Below are positions 52,566 to 64,000 of a stretch of DNA of 64,000 nt, one piece after another (the stretch's first letter is position 1; the number at the start of each line of letters is the position of its first letter). Position numbers and translations under genes: made by a program. Location of the stretch: contig NC_068985.1 in the NCBI RefSeq assembly GCF_001194135.2, positions 7,072,181 to 7,136,180 on the forward strand. Direction: 5' to 3'. The notes below the pieces were generated by a model that saw only the letters and a program-made list of their open reading frames with translations, was not told where the DNA came from and made no database searches. This DNA comes from Octopus bimaculoides. Taxonomy: Eukaryota.

Positions 52566-53246
52566 CTTTGTGGGGGGTCTTTTTGCGTGTGTGTGTAGAT
52601 AGATTAATAATATATATTTACGTATATACATACACACATACATATAAACATAGATACACACATATATATATATATTTCTATACATACACAATTTTAATCA
52701 GAGGAATCACGAAATTAAGTTATAGTTCACAGATTATAAATGGGAGATATGTTTGTTATCTCAACCTGGATTGAATATTGTATGTTTTGTTAGAATTATT
52801 TAGTATACAGTTTCTGAAAGACTACAAACAAACAGCGAGTTCTTTAGAGTCTATACAAAGATTTTTCAAGTTTATGAATAAGACTGGAAATTAATTTAGA
52901 AATATTTATCATTCGAATATGCTTCTGAATATTATTTGAATTTGTGCTTTTAATAGAATAACCATCTATTCTACATATAAAGTTTTGATCTAACACTATA
53001 TTATGCTTGCTTCCTGCTTTTAAATTTTCATCTGATATATTAATATCCTTAGAGGAAATACAGGATTCTAAAAACTATTAACTGAAATTCCGTACATTTA
53101 ATCACTGCATTGTATTAGGTGACAAATCGGTAATAGTGCAGATAACTTATTTTAACTTTGTGAGGATTCTATTTTTTGATTGACTATTGCTACAAGCTTT
53201 AAGGTAAAGAAAAATCACTTATTCCAGTATATGTATGGAAATTATT

Positions 53247-53600
53247 TAGCGGCGAGCTGGTAGAATAGTTTGTACGCCGGACAAAATGCTTAGCAGTATT
53301 TTAGTCCGTTTTTATAAGATGGCGAGCTGGCAGAAACGTCAACGCGCCGGGCGAAATGCTTAGTGGCATTTCGTCTGTTATTACGTTATGAGTTCAAATT
53401 CTGCCGAGGTCGACTTTGCCTTTCATCCTTTTCGGAGTCGATAAATTAAGTACCAGTTGCGTACTGGGGTTGTTCTAGTCGACTGGTCCACCTCCCCAAA
53501 CGTTTTGGGGTTGTGCCTAGAGTAAAAAAGATTTTTGTCAGTTTTTATGTTCTTAGTTATAATTCCGCCGAGGTCGACTTCACCTTTCAACCTTTCGGGG
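53247..53600 (+). mobile_element. S1 SINE cluster: duplicated head, a full copy and a central fragment
   Basis: GGCGAGCTGG(T/C)AGAA heads near 53250 and 53320; GAGGTCGACTT twice. Confidence 0.9.
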
Positions 53601-54069
53601 TCATTGGGATAAGTTTCACTTGAGTGGATTTTGGAGTTGTGTTCTTCAGCCAAAAGCATTTTATTTCATGTTGCTCTGATGGTGTGTCAGGTTTATCGTA
53701 TCATTAAGATAAAGCCAACATGTCGTTCAGGTGTCGTGAAAGGCGACTAATAGAGGTCGAGGTAAGATTTACACTCCGATCTCATAAAACGTTCGCCAGC
53801 AACGACTACAGAAACAGACGCATGTGTTGGACGGCTGTTGTCTCTGTGGTACAAAGCTCTCATCCGCCAGGAGTAGGGAACCACAAATAAATAGTGAATG
53901 CAGTGACAAGTTATTAGAGCGAATATGCCACTACTACTACCACCAGCACTACTACTACTACTACTACTTCTCCTCCAAAATTGCTGGCCTTGTGTCAACA
54001 TAAAAGAATCATTTAGCAAGGTTGCGAGATGGTGGAATTGTTACTGTGTCGACCACAATTCTAAGTGGA

Positions 54070-54240
54070 ATTTCTTCAAGCATTACGTTCCGAGTTTAAA
54101 TTATGCTGGCAAGGTTGACTTTGGCTTTATTCCTTCTTTTGGGGTCGATTAAAATAAGTGTCAGTCAAGCAGTGGTGTCGATCTAGTCGACTAGATTCAT
54201 TCTCCAAATTTTCAGGTCTGGAGCCTGTAGCAGAAAGAAT
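54070..54240 (+). mobile_element. SINE S1, diverged
   Basis: AAGGTTGACTTTGGCTTTATTCCTTCTTTGGGGTCGATTAAAATAAGT..GTCGATCTAGTCGAC. Confidence 0.8.
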
Positions 54241-54317
54241 TATTTAGTAATTTATTAAGATGGAAGTTTCAGCGTTATTCGGAATTTGGAAGTACAGAAA
54301 GTATATTCTTCGTACGC

Positions 54318-54689
<372 letters not shown>

Positions 54690-55544
54690 CAGGCACACAT
54701 ATATATGGACTGATAGATAGATATATAAATAGATAGTGCAAGCGAAATAATATTCTAAAATAAACTGAAAATGTATGACGTTGTTATTGTTGTGTTGCCA
54801 CTGTAAATCTTCGAATTTTACGCCAGAAAGATGAATACAGCATAATCCATATCTAAACAACCCGAAGCGAATTAGATTAAATGCTGCGTAGCTGAAACAC
54901 TTCATTTTGTTCTCTTTGGCAAGGAAAATAATCATCCTTTCAGAATGTAATGCAAACGAAATCAGACAAAAACATTCCTCTTAGCGTGATAACCAACTGA
55001 GATCATTACAAAACTAATTTCACTATATTAAAACATGCTAGAATTTCTAGAAAAAAAAAGTGGCTTTTTGTAAGTCTGTAAATGTAAATCGGATTCCATT
55101 CTACAGAATTGTTTTATTGTTATTTATTTCTTATAGTTATGTTTTGTATAAAATATCATGAATGGATTATTACTTTGATTTTAATACAAAATATTCCGGT
55201 AGGGTATTATTTATCTTTTTAATAAAACTAGGAAATATGTTGAGCCAGATTCAGCAAATCTCTATAGATTCATTATAAGCTTTATAGCACAATACAATAT
55301 TTTGAATGTTCAAAGTTCAGCTTCATGTTTAGTGCATTATTTCCAATGCATTTTTACATATTTAGTACTGAAACTCTAAAAGTGCATTTCACTTAATAAA
55401 CTTCTTATAAATCTATCAGTCTTCCTATAATTATTCATGCCTTTGATTATTTCTAATCTGTATTACCAATTATGACGTTTTTTTATTAAAATAATCTCTT
55501 TGTGGATTTTTTGAAACTATACTAAGTCTACTTTATTTCCTTAA

Positions 55545-55955
55545 TTGGGGGAGGGAACCAGTCGATTAGATCAACTCCAGTACGCAACTGGTACTTAATT
55601 TATCGACCTTGAAAAGATAAAAGGCTAAGTCGAGCTTGATGGAATTTGAATTCAGAACGTAAGGACAGACGAAATATCGCTAAGCATTTCGCCCGGCGGG
55701 CAAACGTTTCTGCCGTCTTGCTACCTTAAAATATTGTTTTCTACTCTAGGCACAAGGCCCGAAATTTTTTGGGGGGTGGGGACGGGGCGCAGTCCATTAT
55801 ATCCACCCCAGTATACAACAGGTACTTAATTTATCGACCCTGAAAGGATGCAAGGCAAAGTTGACCTTGGCAGAATTTGAATTCAGGACATAAAGACGGA
55901 CGAAATACCGCTAAGCATTTCGCCCAATGTGCCAACGTTTCTGTCTGCTCGCTTC
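55545..55955 (-). mobile_element. Two tandem S1 SINEs
   Basis: Two consecutive GTACTTAATTTATCGACC..GAATTTGAATTCAG..AACGTTTCTG units. Confidence 0.9.
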
Positions 55956-56489
55956 GTTCTTAATCACAACTTATTAACCTTCTATGGACGAATTCGTCCC
56001 CAAATAATTTTTCGACACATATTCTTTAATCTGCCACGAAATTAAATTCCCAAAAGCTACATATCTTACCCCAATCCGCGCTCTTTGGTTTCTTTTATAA
56101 TTAATATCACTTAAATATTGAGACTTATAACATTTTCTGTCTTTTTTGCTCTGTATATACGCCGTTACATTTTCGTTCAACCCGAAAGAAGTGATACGAC
56201 CCCACTCATATATTCATTTTAAAATAAGCTTCTCGGCGTATTTACTTATTTATTTATTCAAATAATTGACATTTTGTCTTCTCGCCCTCCAATATGGTGT
56301 CATATCTATCGGGTTTTCTCAGCTCTCATACTCGCACTACCGATCTCCTATACTCTCTCTTTCATTTCTTTCTACGTTGATATTCTACTAGATGAGGCAA
56401 GGACCTGACCATTCGAGGTAGAAGACATAAACCATCCCGATCATATGTAACGGGCGTTGATCATCAACCTGTTCATATTGTGATAAGTC

Positions 56490-57392
56490 TCAACTTAGCA
56501 ATATCTTCCTAGCACTGACTTCAACCGCTCAAGCTGCTCGCAGTATATCTCCTTTGTTATCGTTTGGTTTGAGTTTAAAAATTCAAAGTGGGCTAAACCT
56601 TTCATATCCCACCAAACAGATAACAACATCTTACGCGGGAGAAGGCTTTAGCCTGGGGTGCCGGCGTTTCTCCTTTCTCTGCCCACTGTCTTCGGCACTT
56701 GTCGTTTTTATAGAGAACCCATTCTTGTCACCAGTCACTATTCGGTCCAAAAAAGGTTCATTCCTAAGACGTGATAGCAAAGAAGAGCACACATTCACTC
56801 TCTACACGTGATTAGACTCGGGAAGTTTGTGAGGAACCCATTGACCCAATTTACTGACTTTTCCGATGACACGCAAGTGTCGATGAATGGTTGAATGAGC
56901 AAATCCAAGCCTCTCTGCTAGTTACGATGGGATTTTGTTCCTCCAGGGTTTGCAGGACATCATCGTCAAGCTCTACAGATCTCCCAGGACGAGGCTCGTC
57001 TTCTAGGCTGTAGTTTCCGACTCAGACTATCTGGAATTACTGTTGACACTGGCTTACGCTTATTGTTCGATTCCCATATACTGCATTAANNNNNNNNNNG
57101 TTCGATTCCCATATACTGCATTAATATTCCTCGCAATTTCCATTGCGTTATTGCCTTTATTGAACTCATAAAGCAGACTACGCCGAATATGCTCCTTTGT
57201 CACTTCCATTATAGCTTTGAAAAAATAACTGTTAAAATCGAACTGTACTCTTCAAGATTTTCACTAAGAATAACGGCAAGGTAAAATTACTACCTGCTTT
57301 TATAGTAAGTTCATTCAGGTAGTTTATCCCGCCTCACTCCCGAGTTTTAGATCATGCAATTGAAAATACGTATTATTTATGGGATGACCCAA
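56490..57392 (-). mobile_element. Second copy of the 44.3-kb mariner family, truncated at the C-terminal side
   Basis: Near-identical to 44770-45230 over the shared part; adds HRHLRVIGKVSKLGQWVPHKL, FLDRIVTGD, MLLSVWWDMKG, IYCEQLERL; one TIR, ending at 57392 and followed by TA. Confidence 0.93.
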
Positions 57393-59316
57393 TATATATG
57401 AGGTAAACTATAAGTATTATTTATGGGATGACCCAATATATATGAGGTAAACTATAAGTAGACCACTCAAGTAATTTAGTGATAATCTTTTCAAATGAAT
57501 CTCATTGACCGTTATGCTTCCCATGTTGCATTGTATGCAGGACTTCTGACTAATCAAGGCAATATTCGAAGACGAGTGTCATTGGTGTCAACTTGTTTTG
57601 CACACTGCATAACCGTCGTAAAATTTGCCTGGTTGTTACATTCTTCTGCTTTCACTCATATTTCTTTATCTACTGATCCGTATCACCGACCCCAAACGTT
57701 GAAGTTGAATATTAAGCTCATTAATATCCTACATCTAGGTTTAAGAAACATATAAAATGACACTGCCTTCCTAGTCAAAGTGTTATAAATACATCTATCA
57801 TATATAGAGCCTGTATCGTCTTCCGTTCGCTGACATTTAAATTTAGTCCTCTAACACATTATAAAAATCCGATGCAGATATCATGCTTAAAAGAAACTTT
57901 TGTATCAAAATTGCTGCAGAATCATATTTATTTTGCACTCGAAAAAATCTAAGTAAACGTCGGGACAGAATATCTAAATATTTTCTACAAACTGGAGCCA
58001 AGTATAATACGATTCAAATGCACATATTCTGGGGTTTGTTTATGTGAGCTATAAAATACGGCATCACTTCCTTTAAGTAATATAGAGGTACATGATTTGT
58101 GTTTACTATTTCTCCAATGATCCCTGCACTATGTTACTTTAAACAGGTGGAAATGAAGGCTCAACAATCCTGCACGCTATTTTCCTCTTCGCCATTTCCA
58201 GGCTGAAAAAATAACGAACGAAAAGAAAGGGATTTGGAACAAAGCCAATATTACATAGCTCTGGATATTATAGGGTAACATATTCGATTAGGAAATGATT
58301 CAATCTGTAAATTATTCATCCATTCTGCACTAATATTGTCAAAAGAAATGGTTATTGCATGAACGCTATATGTCCTTTTGATGTCGGTTTGCTGGTTAGT
58401 ATTGTAAAATCCCCTGCAATGAGAATTGAGAATTATATAATCGATTATTGACCATTAGAATCGAACAGTTATCCATATCACTCTTGCAAATAAATATATA
58501 TATTACGAACATAAGCATTTGATATTTTGAATAAATAATACGTCATTGAGAAAACAGTTCTTTCTTTTATTTTGTCAACGTTTTCATTTTATATAATTTC
58601 CATTGGGTAATGTAATTGACTTTTAAAACCTCTCCGAGATGAACTTCACGGTCGACCACCGCCTTTTAAATTCTGATTCAATCATTAATTGAATGAATAC
58701 GCTGCTCAACTATATTTTTGTTTTCTCATAGTACGTCTAGACGTTCATGTCCGTGGTTTTTAACTAATACTTCTACGATGGATCCTACACTGACTTCTAC
58801 GACTTAGTTTTGTTACCTTATCATTATTTTTTTGCTTCGAATCTCAATCTAAAAGTATTTATGATCGCATGATAAAATATTATAGCTATACAGTGCAACG
58901 AAAGTTTGTTTTCTTAAGTCTTCATAATATTATATTACGGGAATTTTTTAACTGCAATTGTTTATATGCAATTACAGCATAGATCACATTTCCTCTATTT
59001 TATTACAATACCGAACAGATAAGCCATTTGGTGTCGTAATAAAAAAATCATAATTATATGGATTAGAATAGGCCAAGCAAAAGTAATGAATTTCTTTTCC
59101 ACAACTTTTCTCCGCATATAGAAATTGCTTTTGTATAGAAGCATTACTCTGTGGCATACGATAGCTGACTGATTTTGTATTTAAAACTTTCAATATCGTC
59201 AATTATGCTGTTAAAATGTCTCTCCAATGCATTTGTCAAAAGAGTTTTAGTGCCAGATTTTATCCATCCCTGACATGATCAATAAATATTATGCAAAAAG
59301 AAGTAAACACAGAATA

Positions 59317-59317
<1 letters not shown>

Positions 59318-59359
<42 letters not shown>

Positions 59360-59654
59360 TTATACATAGAGATATGAAATAAATACGCACATATACACAA
59401 CTATAAATCTGCGCTAATATATAATCCTCATTAAATATCTACATTCCTTTTATGCGTACGTGTGCGTGCGTGTGCGTATTGTTTGCATTATATATTTACA
59501 CATACGTATATACATACTTATATTTACACAGACATATATATATACATGTATGTATGCATATATAAGTACATATATACACACACACATATATATATATGTA
59601 TATATATATATGTATATATATACATATATATATATATACATGCACATATATATG

Positions 59655-59723
<69 letters not shown>

Positions 59724-59750
59724 GCACATATATATGTATTAATGCATGCA
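59318..59750. repeat. Extended TA/CA/TG microsatellite field
   Basis: Direct reading. Confidence 0.9.
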
Positions 59751-59909
59751 TATATGAATAAGTTATTTTAATATATATCACATTGATATGCATTATTGAA
59801 TAGGAAAACCGAATGGACAAAACATCGACATAAAATGGAATATATAAAGATTATCGGTCCCCGGTAAATCACTTTACCAACACAACAAAAATTATTTATT
59901 TAAAATAAT

Positions 59910-59954
<45 letters not shown>

Positions 59955-61598
59955 TCTGTGAAGAACGTAGCAAAGTACAGTATATATATTTACATACACA
60001 ACGTTCAATAAGCATATAGAATGTACGAATTTTAACAAAGCACATTTTACTGATTATATTATATATGTATGTGTGTGTGTACATACACACACACGCACGC
60101 ACACACACACATGTTTATAGATAGATAGATTGCTACAGTATGAATTTGTCGAAAACTTAGCAATATGTCAAGATACTTTAAAGAAAACAAAATAAAAAAT
60201 ATTATTAGTGGGTCAAAGCTTTATGAAATATATTCAGTAGGTGCATTCCAGTGTAGATTAGATGAATCTAAATAAATAAGACTATGATAAAATGTCAGAT
60301 ATATTTTGAAAAGCCGCAGTAAATAAGAAAGGGCAAAGTCGGAAAATTCAATTGACTTCTCAAACTTTAAAAATCAATTCTAACGCTGGTCGTGCATAAA
60401 CGCCGAGAATAACACTTCATTGTACGAAAACACTGGCGTAAAATTAAGATTATTATTTTGTTGTGTTTTTTACACTCACGTTGCTTTTTTGATTTACATA
60501 CTTTATGCTTAATAACTCTCTAAATAGGAAACGTTTGAGTAAAAAATATATATCAACTGAGCCGTGTGCAAAATGAACATATATTTATATGCCTAAGTGC
60601 TTATGCACGGACTGTCTAACAATGCACTGGGCTAAGGCGTTTCTGTTGTCCCTAACGGATATATATCGTAAAGTCACACACACACACACACACGTATATA
60701 TATGTGTGTGTGTGTGTGTGTAGTTTAGGACAATCAGTAAGTTGTTATTATAGAACTCGGAGTTTCAAGTGCCGGAGCTAAGATCTACGATGCATCCTCT
60801 CTGGTGCATTTTTACCTACACTTTGTTACGAAAAATAATAATAATAATAATAATAATAGCTCCAGACTAAATAACAACAAAGAGGTACACTAAGAAGCTC
60901 TCTCCGCAAAACACCCTTAATACAGGAGAGTATTGTCGTTCGTATGAAGCATTGTGTATTGTAAATTACAACAGGTATATAGTCCATTTTTTTGTATTAT
61001 AGTGCATTGCTGTACCATTCTAAACTTATTCTTTACACTTAATACAATATCCTCGGTGCAATGGAAGGAAGGAAAACTTCGCGATACAGCTGTGGGAAAG
61101 TTCTGTTAAGGCAAAGGAACTAAAACATCGGAAAGATTTTTTTTAGTGTAGTTTCTTTCTTAAATGCGTGATATCTCATCGTGACAAGACGCCGAAAGCA
61201 GCAGGAGGAACCCTGGAAAAACACACAAAACACACCAACTACGCAGTAAGTACGTAAATTGAATATTTACCTGTACATAACTGTCCATACATCCATATGC
61301 ACATGCTAATATTTATAAGCTACATAAATAATGCCTACATGACACAGAAAATAAAAGAAAAACACACCCAAGCAGAGACAAAGCGACTTCCCAAATTAGT
61401 TACTCAGTTTAAAACATCCCTAAAACATTGGAGACAATATGCCCGGTAACAATATGATTCTCTGAGCCTTTGAGCTTTCAGTATTATTCGTTGTAAAGCC
61501 CATATTATGCACGAAAACAAAAGAAAATATATATTGGCGATTTTCGATCTATCAGTCTACGATAGAACAAATATATCCATTCGAAGAAGAAAGAAGCG

Positions 61599-63713
61599 GT
61601 GTCTTGTCAAAAAGTCAACCCCGAACAAACAGATCCGTCTCTTATTGTCACCACTAATGCTTTAATGACATGCCAAATCTCATGCCGGATCGGACATCGC
61701 CCGGGACAAGGACCGTGTTACACAGTGAGGGACCAGACTTGGGTCGAAAAGTCTGCTGCTGGAACAAACTCTCTAAAAAGACGAACTATCACGTAACCAG
61801 ATCCAGGATAAGCTTAACCGTAGACCTGTAGTGACATTCCTAAAGCACGATCTAAAGCAAAACGCATAAAATGAACTAGAGAGTATTATAGAGATGTGTT
61901 GAAAGCTTTCTATACAGCCGAACTAAATCTAAACAATAAGCTCATTGTACAAGCATGGAGAAACCTGATAAGCAACGAAGTACGCAGTTATATAGACGCC
62001 AATACATTAAGTAATGTACGGAAAGACATCATTAAGAATAAAAGCTTAACTGACGCTGAAATTAGTGAAATTATGACCAAATGAAAACAACAACAGCGCA
62101 GATAAAATAGGTAACAAATGCACGGAACCCAGTGTACGAGCAGTACATCCCAACGAAGAAGCTGAAGAATAGCGAAGAACAGATATGCGGAAAAATAAAA
62201 GAAAGTAGATCTACCTGAAAACACTCGAAATAGATATGATACAGAATTTGTGGTGAATAATAAAGAGAAGATAATAAAAGCAAAAGACGATATTATGAGA
62301 GAATTCAGCAAGACTGAATCTACTGACATGATCAATAGAGAACCGCTACGAAATTTATCAAACATCATAAAAAACAACATAATCATGATATATAATGTTA
62401 CTCTTAGGCAGATCTTAAGAAATGAAGAAAATGATTTAACAACCTTATATAACCTCATCTATTCCACTGCTAAAGTTGTAACTGCTCAATTAGGTATCAG
62501 TACGAAACAAAAGGACTAACCATGTCAATAGACCTCCTGAGTAGAAAATAGCAATACAAAAAGAGATTGAATCTCTGCGGGCGGATGAATCAGTTCTCGA
62601 TGAACTTGCTAGAGGAGTTAAAACGATGCGAGCTAGAGAAATCAAACAAAAATATAAAACTATAGAACCAAAGAGTTTATAAACCTCCCTGCAACCACGG
62701 AACTATTTAAACCACGAATACACCTGAAAGCCCAACGGCTTAGAAAGTATGATAAAAGAATTATATTTTGTTGACAAAACAAGATATTCAAGATGAATGC
62801 AAAGAAGTTTTATAGGGAAATTGGCAAAAATAAGATAGAAGTAAAGGAGCCACCTAAGACTAAGGAAATGGAAAAGTTGTAGACGAAGATATGGTGCAAC
62901 AAAAAAGAATATGATGCTGAAGCTCACTTGACAGAGCGTGAGAAAGTGAGACTGGAGGAAGAGGCAATAGGAGTAGAAATTCTCAAAAATGGAAAAATTC
63001 AGGCCTGGACCGGATCCCTAATTTCTGGCTGAATTGTTTGACGGAAGTACACCAACATTTTGCGAATTTAAAAATCGTCACGATAAGATAGGAGAGTATT
63101 TACTTTGGAAAATATGTAAACACTACAAAATCAGCACTCCTGGTTACTAGTATGAACATCATCCTGAGCCAGTCATTGAAGGTAAAAATGTTACCATTCT
63201 CTGGAATTTTCCAGTAAACACCGATAGAACGATCCAAGTTAATCGACCAGACATAGTCGTTAAAGAGGGGGAAGAAAATACTTGCAGACTAAGAGATGTA
63301 AGTGTTCCAACTAATAAAAATATATCTGTAAAGGAATTTGACAAATTAAATAAATATAAGGACCTAGAAATTAAAATACAAAAATGTGGCATCTTAAAGC
63401 GAGAATTGTACCTGTTATTTTAGGTGCCCTATGTATGATAAGAAAGGAGTTCAGAAACTTCTACATAATCTCCCAGAAGAACAACGTCTCACAGAAATCC
63501 AAAACATTTTGCTTACAAGTACTGCCCACATCCTTAGAAGAACCCTATCAATTTAAACGTCCGTGTTGTATTACAAGAAAATATTTCGCTGCTACCCCTT
63601 CCAATTCCCCTCCCCAAGCTTTCAGTCATAATGTAACATCTCTTCTCCTTCATTGGCCATTGGATGCTGGGTGTGCATCGGCAAGTGATTGTAACAAAGA
63701 TGCAGATTAAAAG
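61599..63713 (+). mobile_element. Decayed R4/Dong-like non-LTR retrotransposon (REL endonuclease) with the RT core deleted
   Basis: N-terminal TLSNVRKDIIKNKSLTDAEISEI, LYNLIYSTAKVV, AQRLRKYDKR..NAKKFY; C-terminal RHDKIG..PEPVIEGKNVTILWNFPVNTDRTIQVNRPDIVV..DVSVP..KYKDL, WHLKARIVPVILGAL; followed by (TAA)n. Confidence 0.9.

Positions 63714-63763
<50 letters not shown>
63714..63763. repeat. (TAA)n tract at the 3' end of the R4/Dong-like element
   Basis: Direct reading. Confidence 0.95.
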
Positions 63764-64000
63764 TGAAAACACTTTCAATACAGTAACCATAAGAGCATCA
63801 CAGCAAACCACAGCACATACCCAAGGCGCACAGAGCTGCGCTCGGTAGTGAAGTGAAAGCACGTTATAAAAATAAAACTACTGAACAATAATAATGACAA
63901 TAATAATACGAACTAAATAGCACAATTAGAGAAGATCAGGATCAGGCAGCCAGTAATTTGAGGTACATTGATCGACGTAAGCTCAAAGTTGAAACCGAAG

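Overview
AT-rich, repeat-saturated non-coding animal genomic DNA with assembly gaps. It is most likely an octopod cephalopod (Octopus), inferred from the SINE families, the microsatellite load and an 18S fragment with a greatly expanded GC-rich V4. I cannot support any host protein-coding gene, and nearly all ORFs in the track are microsatellite or N-gap artefacts. The window holds about 25 tRNA-derived SINE copies (about 4 families), decayed CR1-like, RTE and R4/Dong-like non-LTR fragments, a decayed Penelope-like element (PLE) RT, three mariner relics and a dispersed 18S rDNA fragment. The most interesting signal is a set of minimal type-I hammerhead ribozyme (HHR) motifs. One ~490-bp palindrome (21.08-21.57 kb) has an HHR near each outer end, and the right-arm core is intact. 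A head-to-head pair of tRNA-headed, HHR-tailed SINE-like elements lies at 33.55-34.0 kb. A third, decayed HHR abuts the 18S fragment. Together with the PLE RT, these suggest a PLE-mobilised system of non-autonomous, ribozyme-bearing elements. Boundaries were read by eye and are approximate to about 10-30 bp unless stated.
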